Shown: positions 1 to 9,019 of the stretch, piece after piece
Layout: each line of letters opens with the position of its first letter
How positions within the stretch are numbered: the stretch's first letter is position 1
NCBI GenBank assembly: GCA_965203055.1
Contig: OZ241863.1
Location: 1,568,001 to 1,632,000, forward strand
Origin: Spirochaetia bacterium
Lineage (GTDB): Bacteria; Spirochaetota; Spirochaetia; SZUA-6; Bin103
Length of the DNA: 64,000 nucleotides
Reading direction: 5' to 3'
Made by a program: the position numbers and the translations under genes
The notes under the pieces: generated by a model
What the model was told of the DNA's origin: nothing
The model's database searches: none
The model's input: only the letters and a program-made list of their open reading frames with translations

Positions 1-1
1 G

Positions 2-220
2 TTCGCGGCTGCCATCTCGCTCGGCGAGTTTGGCGCCAGCGCGCTGATCGCGCGTCCCGAGCTGCCCACCATCACGACCGCGATCTTCCGTTCGCTGTCG
101 CGTCCGGGGGCCAGCAACTACGGCCAGGGTATGGCGCTGGCAACCATCCTGATGGTCACGACCGCGGCCAGCGTCGCAGCCATCGAACGGCTGCGCACCG
201 CCGCGGCGCGCGACTTCTGA
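2..220 (+). CDS. ABC transporter permease, Fe3+/thiamine (ThiP/FbpB-like), C-terminal fragment
   Basis: Frame 2 reads FAAAISLGEFGASALIARPELPTITTAIFRSLSRPG..., ending at TGA 218-220. SLGEFGA motif; lies just upstream of an ABC ATPase; truncated by the window edge. Confidence 0.85.
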   Translation, partial: FAAAISLGEFGASALIARPELPTITTAIFRSLSRPGASNYGQGMALATILMVTTAASVAAIERLRTAAARDF

Positions 221-225
221 CGGCG

Positions 226-1413
226 ATGACCGACGTGGACCACTCCGACGCCGACCGTAACCGGCAAGCGCCGCCGTCCAGCTCCGCGGGAGCCCCGGAG
301 CAGGCCGCGGCGCGAGCGGCCCGGCAACCGGCCGGCGCGGCGCTGGAGGTGCGGCGGGTCAGCGTCCAACTCGGCGGCGGCGCCGTGCTGGCGGACGTGT
401 CGCTGGCGGCCCGGGCCGGTGAGATCGTGGCCCTGCTCGGCCCCAGCGGGTGCGGCAAGACCACCCTGCTGCGGGTGATCGCCGGGCTGCAGCCGCATGC
501 CGGCGAGGTGCGCTGGCAGGGTCGGTCGGTGGCGGCCGTGCCCGCCCACCGGCGCGGCTTCGGACTGGTGTTTCAGGACCAAGCGTTGTTCCCGCATCTG
601 GACGTGGCGCGCAACGTCGCCTTCGGCCTGCGCATGCGGGCCTGGGGCGCCGCCGAGCGCGCGCGGCGGGTAGGGGAGCTGCTGGAACTGGTGGGGCTGA
701 GCGGCTTCAGCCGGCGGCCGGTCGACGCTCTCTCCGGCGGCGAGGCGCAACGCGTGGCGCTGGCGCGCGCGCTGGCGCCGCGCCCGCGGCTGCTGATGCT
801 GGATGAACCGCTGGCCGGTCTCGACCGGCCATTGCGGGAACAGCTTCTGGCCGACCTGCCGCGCATCCTGCGCTCGCTCCGGCAGACCGCGCTGTTCGTG
901 ACCCACGATCTGGAAGAGGCGCTCGCCGTCGCCGACCGGGTAGCGGTGATGCGCGCCGGCCGGATCGCGCAGGTGGCCGCGCCGCGCGCGCTTTACGAGC
1001 GTCCCGCCAGCGTGTTCGTCGCCCGCTTCCTCGGCCGCGCCAACATCCTGCACGGCACCGTGCGCGGCACCGTGCGCGGCGGCCCGGCCGAGCGCTCACT
1101 CGAAACCGACCTCGGCCTCCTGCCGTACGACCGTTCCACCCCGCCCGGCGCGCGCGGCGCAGTGTTGATCCGGCCCGAACAGATCAACCTGGTCGAACGC
1201 GAGCCGCCTGCCGGCGCCCCCGCCGGAGCCGTGTCCTTGCGCGGCACGCTGCAGGCCACCTCATTCCGCGGCACTGCCGCGCTCGCCACCGTACTGGTCC
1301 GCGCCACCACCCTGCAGGTCCTGGTCACCGGCCGGCGCACGCTCCCCGCCGCCGGCGCTGCCGTAACCATCAGCTTCCACCCTCACGCCGCCGTAGTCCC
1401 CCTCACCGCTTAA
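226..1413 (+). CDS. ABC transporter ATP-binding subunit (Fe3+/thiamine/polyamine class, C-terminal TOBE-like region)
   Basis: Walker A GPSGCGKT, Q-loop VFQDQALFPHL, signature LSGGE, Walker B LMLDEP, H-loop VTHD. Confidence 0.95.
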   Translation: MTDVDHSDADRNRQAPPSSSAGAPEQAAARAARQPAGAALEVRRVSVQLGGGAVLADVSLAARAGEIVALLGPSGCGKTTLLRVIAGLQPHAGEVRWQGRSVAAVPAHRRGFGLVFQDQALFPHLDVARNVAFGLRMRAWGAAERARRVGELLELVGLSGFSRRPVDALSGGEAQRVALARALAPRPRLLMLDEPLAGLDRPLREQLLADLPRILRSLRQTALFVTHDLEEALAVADRVAVMRAGRIAQVAAPRALYERPASVFVARFLGRANILHGTVRGTVRGGPAERSLETDLGLLPYDRSTPPGARGAVLIRPEQINLVEREPPAGAPAGAVSLRGTLQATSFRGTAALATVLVRATTLQVLVTGRRTLPAAGAAVTISFHPHAAVVPLTA

Positions 1414-1477
1414 CCTACAGCGGGCCGCCCGAGTCGTCCGCGGCGATCGTCGCGGTCGCCCAGTGCGGGCGTGCTCC

Positions 1478-1506
1478 TTGCTCGCCTTGCTAGAGGGCGA
1501 TATGAT
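1478..1506 (+). promoter_or_regulatory. Putative sigma70 promoter for the helicase (likely leaderless)
   Basis: TTGCTC (1478-1483), 17 nt spacer, TATGAT (1501-1506); ATG at 1515 with no SD. Confidence 0.55.
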
Positions 1507-1514
1507 GTCCTGTA

Positions 1515-4500
1515 ATGAGCGGAAATGATCTGGTCGTCGGAGCTCTGGTCCAATGGACCGAAGGACAGGGATACGGCGAGGTCACCGGTATCGACGCAAG
1601 ACGGATCAGCGTCCGTTGGGATCATGAAGGTAACCCCCCGCAATTCGCTGCCACGAATCCACCGCTATCGAGGGTCGAATTTTCAGCCGGTCACGTTGTC
1701 CAACTGAGATCGACCAACGAAACCGCCGCCGTCCTCAGTATTGTGACTACTGAGCCTCCGGTTTGGAGTTTGCTCGTTACCGGGCAGCCACCGCGGACTC
1801 TGAACGTGCCGGAAGCAGGCTTGCGCCCGCAATCGATCACAGATCCTGTCGAGCGATTCAAGAGCGGGCACATCGGTTCACTTCAAAAATACCGGCTTCA
1901 GGAAGTAACGAGATGGTATTGGGAGCGGCATCATTACGACGACCTCGTTTCGCTAGGACAGGTTGGTGTAGACCTGAAACCGCATCAGGTTTCGGTGGTT
2001 CACAAGGTAGTCTCCGAGTATCCTCACCGTTTTCTGCTGTGCGACGAAGTCGGTCTGGGAAAGACAATCGAGGCAGGGATGGCACTCAAAGAGCTCCGGT
2101 CCCGCGGAGTAGCTAGACGAGTCCTCGCCATTGTGCCACCTAACCTGATTTTTCAATGGCAATTCGAGATGAAGACCAAGTTCAACGAAATATTCGCTAT
2201 ATTGAATACCGATGTTGTTCGTTTCCTGCAAAATGATAGCGGTTTCAATGACAACCCGTTCACGTACCGAGACAGCGTTTTGTGTTCTGCGGCCTGGGTG
2301 GTTAACGAACCCTGGGCGAGCCAGTGCGCTGCCGCGGATTGGGATCTTGTCATTATCGACGAAGCGCACCATGCGCGAAGCCGCCGTAGCGGAAACAGGA
2401 TAGAGCGTACGCGTCTATACCATTTGGTAAACAAACTTGCGACGATGGAACACTTGACAAGAGGATTGTTGTTCCTCACTGCGACGCCGATGCAGCTCGA
2501 CACTCACGAACTCTACTCCCTCGTAGAACTTCTTGACCCCGCGCTGTTCCCTTCGGAACAACACTTCGACCGCCATCGTACGACAGTTCCTGGTCTCTCT
2601 TATCTCGTCGAACGCCTGTCTCGTCATGGATTTCCATTGCCCGATGAGACAAGGGAGGTAACCGCCCGACAGGTTGGCGAATGGCTTGACATCGACTGCA
2701 ATGAAGCGCATCGACGACTCAACGATTCAAAAGAGCTCAGGAAGCTGACTGAAGATCTGTCGGAACGCCACCTCCTTAGCAAGGTGTTGATTCGCAACCG
2801 AAAAGCCGTAGTGGGCGATTTCGTAACGCGTATCGCCGTGCGCTGGGAGGTCGATCTGACGCCAAAAGAACTCGCTGCACTGAGTGCCGTAAAAGAGTAT
2901 GTGCAGTATGGTTACCAGCTTGCCGAACAACGCAATAACAATGCGGTTGGATTCGCAATGGTTGTATTCCAAAAGTTGATGGCATCCAGCATCGCCGCAA
3001 TTCAGGTTGCATTGAGCAAACGTCGAGAAAAAATAGGTGCCGATTTCGCAGAAGGGCAGTCATATGTTGATCTTCAAGAAAGGCTGGAAGAAGACGACGA
3101 CGCAGCAGATGTCGTCGGAGCCTATGGCCTTGTAGATGAGCAGGCGTTGCTGGATCAGGCTCTCGCAGCACTTGGTGCGGTAGAACGTGACTCCAAGGCT
3201 TGCGTACTTGTTGAGCAAATCAATACGCTGTTCACGCGCCATGAAGCGGGGTCGCATCGGCGTGCTAGCGACCAAGACGACGGCAAGATAATTATCTTCA
3301 CGGAGTTCCGAGAGACTCAGCGCTATCTTCAGCGCCTTCTGGTTGCTCAAGGGTGGGGAGTCAACGTATTTCACGGGCAGCTTGACGCTGTTAGCAAAGA
3401 CCGCGCCGTGGCTCGATTCAGGGACAATGTCGGGCCGCAGGTTCTGATTAGCACCGAAGCGGGAGGAGAGGGGAGAAATTTTCAGTTCTGCCATATGCTT
3501 GTGAATTATGACCTGCCCTGGAACCCGATGCGAATTGAGCAGAGAATCGGACGGGTGGACCGAATTGGTCAGGAACATGTTGTTAAGATTTTCAACTTCG
3601 CGGTAAGGGATACCATCGATATTCGTATTCTCGACGTGTTGGAGCATCGCATTCATGTCTTCCAGGAAACGGTGGGAGGGCTCGATCCTATCCTTGGCGC
3701 GGCCGAGCGAGACCTCAGGAAGATCATGCGTCAGGCCGAGGCACAGAGGGACGCCGCCTTTACCGAGTTTGGTCAACGCGTAGCGGAGCGGATCAGTAGA
3801 GCCCGAGAAGCACGGGAACAACTTGGCAATTTTATCATGGACACCAAGTCATTCCGCAGAGAGATTGTTGAGCGTATTACCGGGCAGCCGTCACCGATCG
3901 ATAACGACCGTATTGAGCGGTTCATCGGAAAACTGCTTGCTAGCGTAGGGACTTACATCAAACGTATGGGCAGCGGCTACCGTCTTACCTTCCACGGCGA
4001 ATTCTATGATACCCACCGGAAGCTGATCCTGGCAGGTGGGAAAAAAATGAACGCAGTGTTTCGGCGTGACCGTCGGCCTGATGAAGAGAGTGTTGAATTC
4101 ATGGCCTTTGGGCATCCGATCGTTGATACGATTGTTCAGCGTATCCTGGAAGAAGGCTATGAGGGAGTGACCGGTACGCGTCGCATCCGTGCGAATGATG
4201 AACTTTCACCTGCCAAAGGATGGCTTTTCAGTTTCCAGTTTACTGTTCCCGGTGTGCAGTCCACTGAACACATAGTACCGGTATTCGTGAACGACGACGG
4301 CCGTGTGGACGACGATGCGGGCCAAGTCATTCTGGATCGTGCATGCGAGTTCGACGATCACGAACAGGAGATACCGTTGCCGAAAATTCCCGATAATCTC
4401 GATAGACTCGAGCCATTGGCGAAAGACGTTGTCAACACCATTCAGCAAAGACTGCAGCGGGATGCCGAGATTAAAGCGGCCGGTCGAATAGATCATGAGG

Positions 4501-4976
4501 TTGCTCGACTCAACACTTGGTTCGACTATCGGGAGCGGGTAGCCAGAGACCGCTTGACCGCTACTCGAGCTACGTTAGATCGTCTTCAGTCGAGCGACGA
4601 CGACTCAGTGCGCCGAATTATTCCTGTTTGGGAGGCAAATCTTCGGCGCGACGAGGCGCTTCCCGATAGGCTCGCGCAGGAGCGCAGGCGCCGGATCGCT
4701 GATATAGAGAGACACCGCCACCCGCAGGTTGCTTGGGCTCTGAAATCGCTAGGCCGCATCGAGATAGTTGCTCCGGCTGAAGGCGAGCGAGGACGTATCA
4801 GTGCGCGGAGGGGCGACGATGGCAGGATTGCGCGGTTGGAACGTGCAGGGACAATAGTACGCCGTTCTTCCGGGAGTCCGCTTGATGTGTTGGGGCAGCC
4901 GGTACGGACGGACGCGAATATCCTGAGCGCGCTGCTGGAGGAGCGCTCCGAAGAATACGAAGAAGGTCATCGGTGA
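1515..4976 (+). CDS. SNF2-family helicase (RapA/HepA-like) with a C-terminal antitoxin-like tail
   Basis: LKPHQ, DEVGLGKT, DEAHH, LTATP, STEAGGEGRNFQ, QRIGRVDRIGQ; Tudor/SH3-like N-terminus; lower GC than the flanks. Confidence 0.92.
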   Translation: MSGNDLVVGALVQWTEGQGYGEVTGIDARRISVRWDHEGNPPQFAATNPPLSRVEFSAGHVVQLRSTNETAAVLSIVTTEPPVWSLLVTGQPPRTLNVPEAGLRPQSITDPVERFKSGHIGSLQKYRLQEVTRWYWERHHYDDLVSLGQVGVDLKPHQVSVVHKVVSEYPHRFLLCDEVGLGKTIEAGMALKELRSRGVARRVLAIVPPNLIFQWQFEMKTKFNEIFAILNTDVVRFLQNDSGFNDNPFTYRDSVLCSAAWVVNEPWASQCAAADWDLVIIDEAHHARSRRSGNRIERTRLYHLVNKLATMEHLTRGLLFLTATPMQLDTHELYSLVELLDPALFPSEQHFDRHRTTVPGLSYLVERLSRHGFPLPDETREVTARQVGEWLDIDCNEAHRRLNDSKELRKLTEDLSERHLLSKVLIRNRKAVVGDFVTRIAVRWEVDLTPKELAALSAVKEYVQYGYQLAEQRNNNAVGFAMVVFQKLMASSIAAIQVALSKRREKIGADFAEGQSYVDLQERLEEDDDAADVVGAYGLVDEQALLDQALAALGAVERDSKACVLVEQINTLFTRHEAGSHRRASDQDDGKIIIFTEFRETQRYLQRLLVAQGWGVNVFHGQLDAVSKDRAVARFRDNVGPQVLISTEAGGEGRNFQFCHMLVNYDLPWNPMRIEQRIGRVDRIGQEHVVKIFNFAVRDTIDIRILDVLEHRIHVFQETVGGLDPILGAAERDLRKIMRQAEAQRDAAFTEFGQRVAERISRAREAREQLGNFIMDTKSFRREIVERITGQPSPIDNDRIERFIGKLLASVGTYIKRMGSGYRLTFHGEFYDTHRKLILAGGKKMNAVFRRDRRPDEESVEFMAFGHPIVDTIVQRILEEGYEGVTGTRRIRANDELSPAKGWLFSFQFTVPGVQSTEHIVPVFVNDDGRVDDDAGQVILDRACEFDDHEQEIPLPKIPDNLDRLEPLAKDVVNTIQQRLQRDAEIKAAGRIDHEVARLNTWFDYRERVARDRLTATRATLDRLQSSDDDSVRRIIPVWEANLRRDEALPDRLAQERRRRIADIERHRHPQVAWALKSLGRIEIVAPAEGERGRISARRGDDGRIARLERAGTIVRRSSGSPLDVLGQPVRTDANILSALLEERSEEYEEGHR

Positions 4977-5412
4977 ATTTCTGGACACTTCTGGGATCGT
5001 GGCGCTTGTGGTCGATGAGCCACACCAGCCGTTTGCTCGGAGCACTCTCGAAAACGATGACAGGATGGCGGTGTGGTGGGGAGCCTCTGTCGAATACGTT
5101 TCAGCGGTGTCCCGGCGGGTGCGTGAAGGCACCCTGACTGCAGACCAAATCGACCAGCTTGTTCATTACCTCGAGGAACTATCGAGAGAATGGTACGAGA
5201 TTCAGCCCGATTCGAAGATCAGAAAGACAGCTCAGACACTGGTTCGTCGTTATCCGTTGAGAGCCGCGGACGGTCTGCAATTAGCGGCGGCACTCGCCAT
5301 TGCTGAAAGCAATCCGGGGAGTATTGGATTCGTATCCTTCGATAGACGACTGAAAAATGCCGCTGTCCAAGAAGGGTTCGCCGTTCTTGACGGCGAACCG
5401 CCGTCCGAGTGA
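4973..5412 (+). pseudogene. vapC: VapC-family PIN toxin with an apparent 1-nt frameshift near codon 4-5 (pseudogene or sequencing error)
   Basis: GTG at 4973 overlaps the helicase TGA and follows AGAAGG. It reads MNFW, while the body (DTSGIVALVVDEP, VEYVSA, LRAADGLQLAAAL, SFDRRL) is in the -1 frame. The first in-frame start (4999) omits the first catalytic Asp. Confidence 0.75.
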
Positions 5413-5506
5413 CGGACCGATCAAACTCTATGGTAGTATTCTGCCTTCCGTCCGGTCAAGCAGCCAGTTCGACGAAGATGGCGCCCGTCTCGCCGCTGGA
5501 ATCTGC

Positions 5507-6286
5507 CTATTGGTTATTTCGCACGACGCCGGGCTGGTGCTGGTTGGCGCCCATCAGTTGGCGTACCAGTTCCGACGGGTTGTCCAGGTCCGCCAGTTGG
5601 GCGCGCATATCTTCCTGGGTGACGTAGATCGGTCGGGTATACATCCCCAGCAGGGCGCTGCGCGCCGCGTTCGACGTGTTGGGACGGGCGGTATGCCAAG
5701 TGGCCCCATGCATCACCATCACGCTGCCGCGAACGGCCGTCAGTATCTCTCCGTCGGGATGCCAGTCGGAGGCTATCTCCGGCGGTGGACGATGCCCCTT
5801 GCGATGGCTGCAGGGGATGATCCCGGTACCGCCGTTCTCCGCTGAAAAGTCATTCAGCAGCCACATGGTCTGCCCGCTGATGCGGTCGGTCGGCCAGGGT
5901 TGATTGAGCCGCTGATACGGCCAGTCAGGATGCCAGCCGTATCGGGAATAGCCGGGATAGGTGGTATTGGCCGTCCAGGTGGAGCAGATCATGTCTTCGT
6001 CGAGATACCGTCTCCAGATGGCCACGATCAGGGGATGGGACATCAATTCGACGAAGATCGGGTGCTTGACGGCTATCCGCGCAACCCGCTGAGTCTTCTT
6101 CTCGCGGCTGATTTCGCTCTCCTCGTCGGCCAGAAAACGCTCCAGGATGGCGCGCACCCGATCCGCTTTCTCTACCGATATCACCGACGGGATAACGCAG
6201 TAACCGCGTTCATCGAGTTCGGCAATGATTTCCGATACGTCAGACGGACGAACCGACCCCTCATCTGCGATCAAGCTCTGCTCCAT
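5507..6286 (-). CDS. Phytanoyl-CoA dioxygenase (PhyH)-family Fe(II)/2OG oxygenase
   Basis: LDERGYCVI, HxD motif WHPD, ENGGT..IPCSH, WHTARPN distal His and downstream Arg. Confidence 0.9.
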   Translation of the reverse strand: MEQSLIADEGSVRPSDVSEIIAELDERGYCVIPSVISVEKADRVRAILERFLADEESEISREKKTQRVARIAVKHPIFVELMSHPLIVAIWRRYLDEDMICSTWTANTTYPGYSRYGWHPDWPYQRLNQPWPTDRISGQTMWLLNDFSAENGGTGIIPCSHRKGHRPPPEIASDWHPDGEILTAVRGSVMVMHGATWHTARPNTSNAARSALLGMYTRPIYVTQEDMRAQLADLDNPSELVRQLMGANQHQPGVVRNNQ

Positions 6287-7407
6287 TCTCGTTCTCCGAC
6301 GCCGGTGGTATCGGCTACCGGTCTGAATTCTCCACGTTTGCCCAGCGAGCGCTGGATTTCGCGGTCGTAGAGGGACGTGAAGGCTTCGGCAATTGGGCTG
6401 TGTCGGAGCTCGAAGGGCTGTGACGCGGACTCGCAGCTCACTTCGCCGGTCGAGTCCCGGTATAGTGCGTGGAAGCGTACTTCGTCGCCCTCCTCTATGA
6501 GCAGCTCCAACTCCTTCAAGACCGCGTAGTCATGGGTAGCTATCAGGATCTGGACACCCGAGCGTTGCAACTGCAGCAGAATATCGACGACGACGGTCAG
6601 GAGGCCGGGATTGAGATTCGCCTCCGGCTCGTCCCAGAACAGGACCGAGCCGCTCGGCAGTGAGCCGTTGCGAACCAGCAGCCAAAGAAGACCGAGCTTG
6701 CGCAGACCCTCAGCGAGCAACATGAACTCAATCTTGCTGTTGCCGTTCTCGACGAATAATTCCTCTCCTTCATCCGTCACCCTGCCTCCTATCGCGGCCT
6801 CAAGACGCTTCTCGATCCGCCTGACGGCATTCGTCCTCTTACGCAACGGCGGTAGATAGGCGCGGTCTATGATGTCGGAGTAGATCTCCTCTACGTGGAT
6901 CTCATGCTGTTTGTAAAGTGAACGGAATCCTGGTGCATTAGAGAGTATTTCCTTGGCCGGAATGAACGTGCTTTTGACAACCTCTTCGGGCCAATTAAGT
7001 TTCGCAAAGGAGCCCATTCGTCTGGCCTCGTCGGATACGGGAAAACGTAATCTGAGGCTGCCGCGCCACACTTCAACGATTGCTTGACGATCTTCACTTG
7101 GATGTCTTACCAAACGTTGAATACTGTTTCGAGACGGCAAGAAAACTCGAACGAGCTTGTGATAGAAGGGTCCTTCCGGACCCATCACGTAATCGATATT
7201 GGTTGTCTTGAATTCACATGCCGCGTAGGCAACCTTGAGGAGATGCGTCTTACCGGTTCCGTTGGCGCCAATGAATACGTTTATGCCTGGGCCGAGCTTC
7301 AGATCGAGTTGCTCGAACGCCGTGAACCGTTCAAGGACGATGCGCGTCAACGGAGGAGCGTGCTTTGAGCTTGGCAAGCGAGGGGCATTCTTGACTTCAT
7401 TTTGCAT
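6271..7407 (-). CDS. AAA_21/AbiEii-like ABC-type ATPase
   Basis: GINVFIGANGTGKT, degenerate signature LAEGLRK, FWDEPEANLNP, ATHD. Confidence 0.85.
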   Translation of the reverse strand: MQNEVKNAPRLPSSKHAPPLTRIVLERFTAFEQLDLKLGPGINVFIGANGTGKTHLLKVAYAACEFKTTNIDYVMGPEGPFYHKLVRVFLPSRNSIQRLVRHPSEDRQAIVEVWRGSLRLRFPVSDEARRMGSFAKLNWPEEVVKSTFIPAKEILSNAPGFRSLYKQHEIHVEEIYSDIIDRAYLPPLRKRTNAVRRIEKRLEAAIGGRVTDEGEELFVENGNSKIEFMLLAEGLRKLGLLWLLVRNGSLPSGSVLFWDEPEANLNPGLLTVVVDILLQLQRSGVQILIATHDYAVLKELELLIEEGDEVRFHALYRDSTGEVSCESASQPFELRHSPIAEAFTSLYDREIQRSLGKRGEFRPVADTTGVGEREWSRA

Positions 7408-7561
7408 ATTTTCTCTCCGGGATCAGCGTAAGATCGGAAGCGCATCGCCTCGGCGAAGATCTCCAGGGCGGCGCCGTGATCGCCTGCTCCCAGGGCGACA
7501 ACGCCACCGCCACCCTGGGCGGAGAAGCGCATGTGGTTGGCGGTTTCACCGGGTGTGTCCG

Positions 7562-8983
7562 TCAGGCGTAGATGTCATTGCGCCACGCCGGATCGATCTC
7601 GGAGTGGGCCGCCAGCCGCGCGCGGAACAGGGATCGGATCTCGCGCAGCCGCGCTTCGGTCCCGGCTTCGAAGATGAGCACCAGCTCCGGCAGGTTGGAG
7701 GAGGCGCGCACCAAGCCCCAGCCATCCCCGAAGTCGACCCGGGCGCCGTTGATGTCGTTCACCCGAGCGCCGAACTCGCGCTTGAAGTCGGCCACCAGCG
7801 CGTCCACCACGCGGTACTTGTGGTCGTCGGCGCAGGGCGCGGCAATCTCGGGGGAGGTGAGGTAGGGCGGGGTGCCGGCCACCAGCGCCGACAGGGTCTC
7901 TCCGCTCGCCGCCAGCACCTCCAGCAGGCGCGCGCCGGCATAGAGGGCGTCGTCGAAGCCGTAGTATCCCTCCCGGTAGAAGATGTGGCCGCTGCGTTCG
8001 CCGGCCAGCGCGGCCCCGGTCTCGTGCAGCTTGGCCTTGATGTGGGAGTGGCCGGTCTTCCACATCACCGGGCGCCCGCCGCGGGCGGTGATCTCCTCCT
8101 CCAGGCCGCGCGTGCACTTGACGTCGTACACGACCGCGGCGCCCGCCCGGCGCTGCAGTACCTGCCGCGCCAGCAGGATCAGCACCCGGTCGCTCCACAC
8201 GTCCTCGCCGCGCTCATCCATCACCCCGATGCGGTCGCCGTCGCCGTCGAAGGCCAACCCCACGTCGGCGCGGATGTAGGGGTGGGTCACGATCTGCCGC
8301 AGGCGCGCGCGCGCCTTCAGGTCGGACGGGTTGGGGAAGTAGTGGGGGTAGCGGTCGTCGGGGTCGCAGTAGAGCTGAAAGGTGAGGCAGCCCAGGCGCT
8401 GCAGCGCCTCGTAGGCGAACACGCCGGCGCCGCCGTTGCCGCAGTCCACGGCCACCCGCAACGGGCGCTCCAGGCGGGTGCCCGCGGTGACCCGCTCCAG
8501 GTAGGCGTCGCGGGTGTCCGCGCGGCGGCGGCGGCCGTTGCTTCCGCCGCTCTCGCCGGCCGCCGCCAGGCGGTACAACTCGCGCATCTCGGCCGGGCCG
8601 AGCGTGCGCGAATAGCCGTGCGCCAGCTTCATGCCACACCAGTCGCTGGGGTTGTGGCTGGCGGTGATCATCAACCCGGCCGGGCTCTCCAGGTGGTACT
8701 GACTGAAGTAGAGCGCCGGGCTGATGGTCAGGCCGATGTCCACCACCTCCAGGCCCGCGGCCAGCAGGCCGCTGACGGCCGCGTCCTTGAACCCCGGCGA
8801 GGCCGGCCGGTTGTCGTAGCCGACCACGACGCGGTCGTTGCCGCGCGCCAGCAGCAGGCGTCCGAAGGCGTTGGCGATCAGCCGCACCGAGTCGTCCGTG
8901 AGCTCGCCCTCGGCGACGCGGCCGCGCAGGTCGTACTCCCGGAACATGGCCCGGAAGGCGGAATGGTGAACGTCTACCATCAT
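7562..8983 (-). CDS. Phosphomannomutase/phosphoglucomutase
   Basis: FREYDLRG, TASHNP, FPNP, DGDGDR, GERSGH, VRASSN; exact start uncertain. Confidence 0.95.
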   Translation of the reverse strand: MMVDVHHSAFRAMFREYDLRGRVAEGELTDDSVRLIANAFGRLLLARGNDRVVVGYDNRPASPGFKDAAVSGLLAAGLEVVDIGLTISPALYFSQYHLESPAGLMITASHNPSDWCGMKLAHGYSRTLGPAEMRELYRLAAAGESGGSNGRRRRADTRDAYLERVTAGTRLERPLRVAVDCGNGGAGVFAYEALQRLGCLTFQLYCDPDDRYPHYFPNPSDLKARARLRQIVTHPYIRADVGLAFDGDGDRIGVMDERGEDVWSDRVLILLARQVLQRRAGAAVVYDVKCTRGLEEEITARGGRPVMWKTGHSHIKAKLHETGAALAGERSGHIFYREGYYGFDDALYAGARLLEVLAASGETLSALVAGTPPYLTSPEIAAPCADDHKYRVVDALVADFKREFGARVNDINGARVDFGDGWGLVRASSNLPELVLIFEAGTEARLREIRSLFRARLAAHSEIDPAWRNDIYA

Positions 8984-9019
8984 TGCAGGCGGTTGGGCGC
9001 GGCGGGCCGCGCCGCGGGT

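Noticed and set aside
1054..1080. 12-nt tandem duplication (GTVRGTVRG)
   Set aside because: Small in-frame duplication in a linker region; no functional implication.
1515..4976. Assignment to DISARM (DrmD) or another named SNF2 defence system
   Set aside because: No DrmA/B/C, methylase or other partner genes nearby.
4968..4980. +1 frameshift at the helicase stop giving a helicase-antitoxin-VapC polyprotein
   Set aside because: CGG-TGA does not allow tRNA re-pairing in the +1 frame, unlike the prfB CTT-TGA site.
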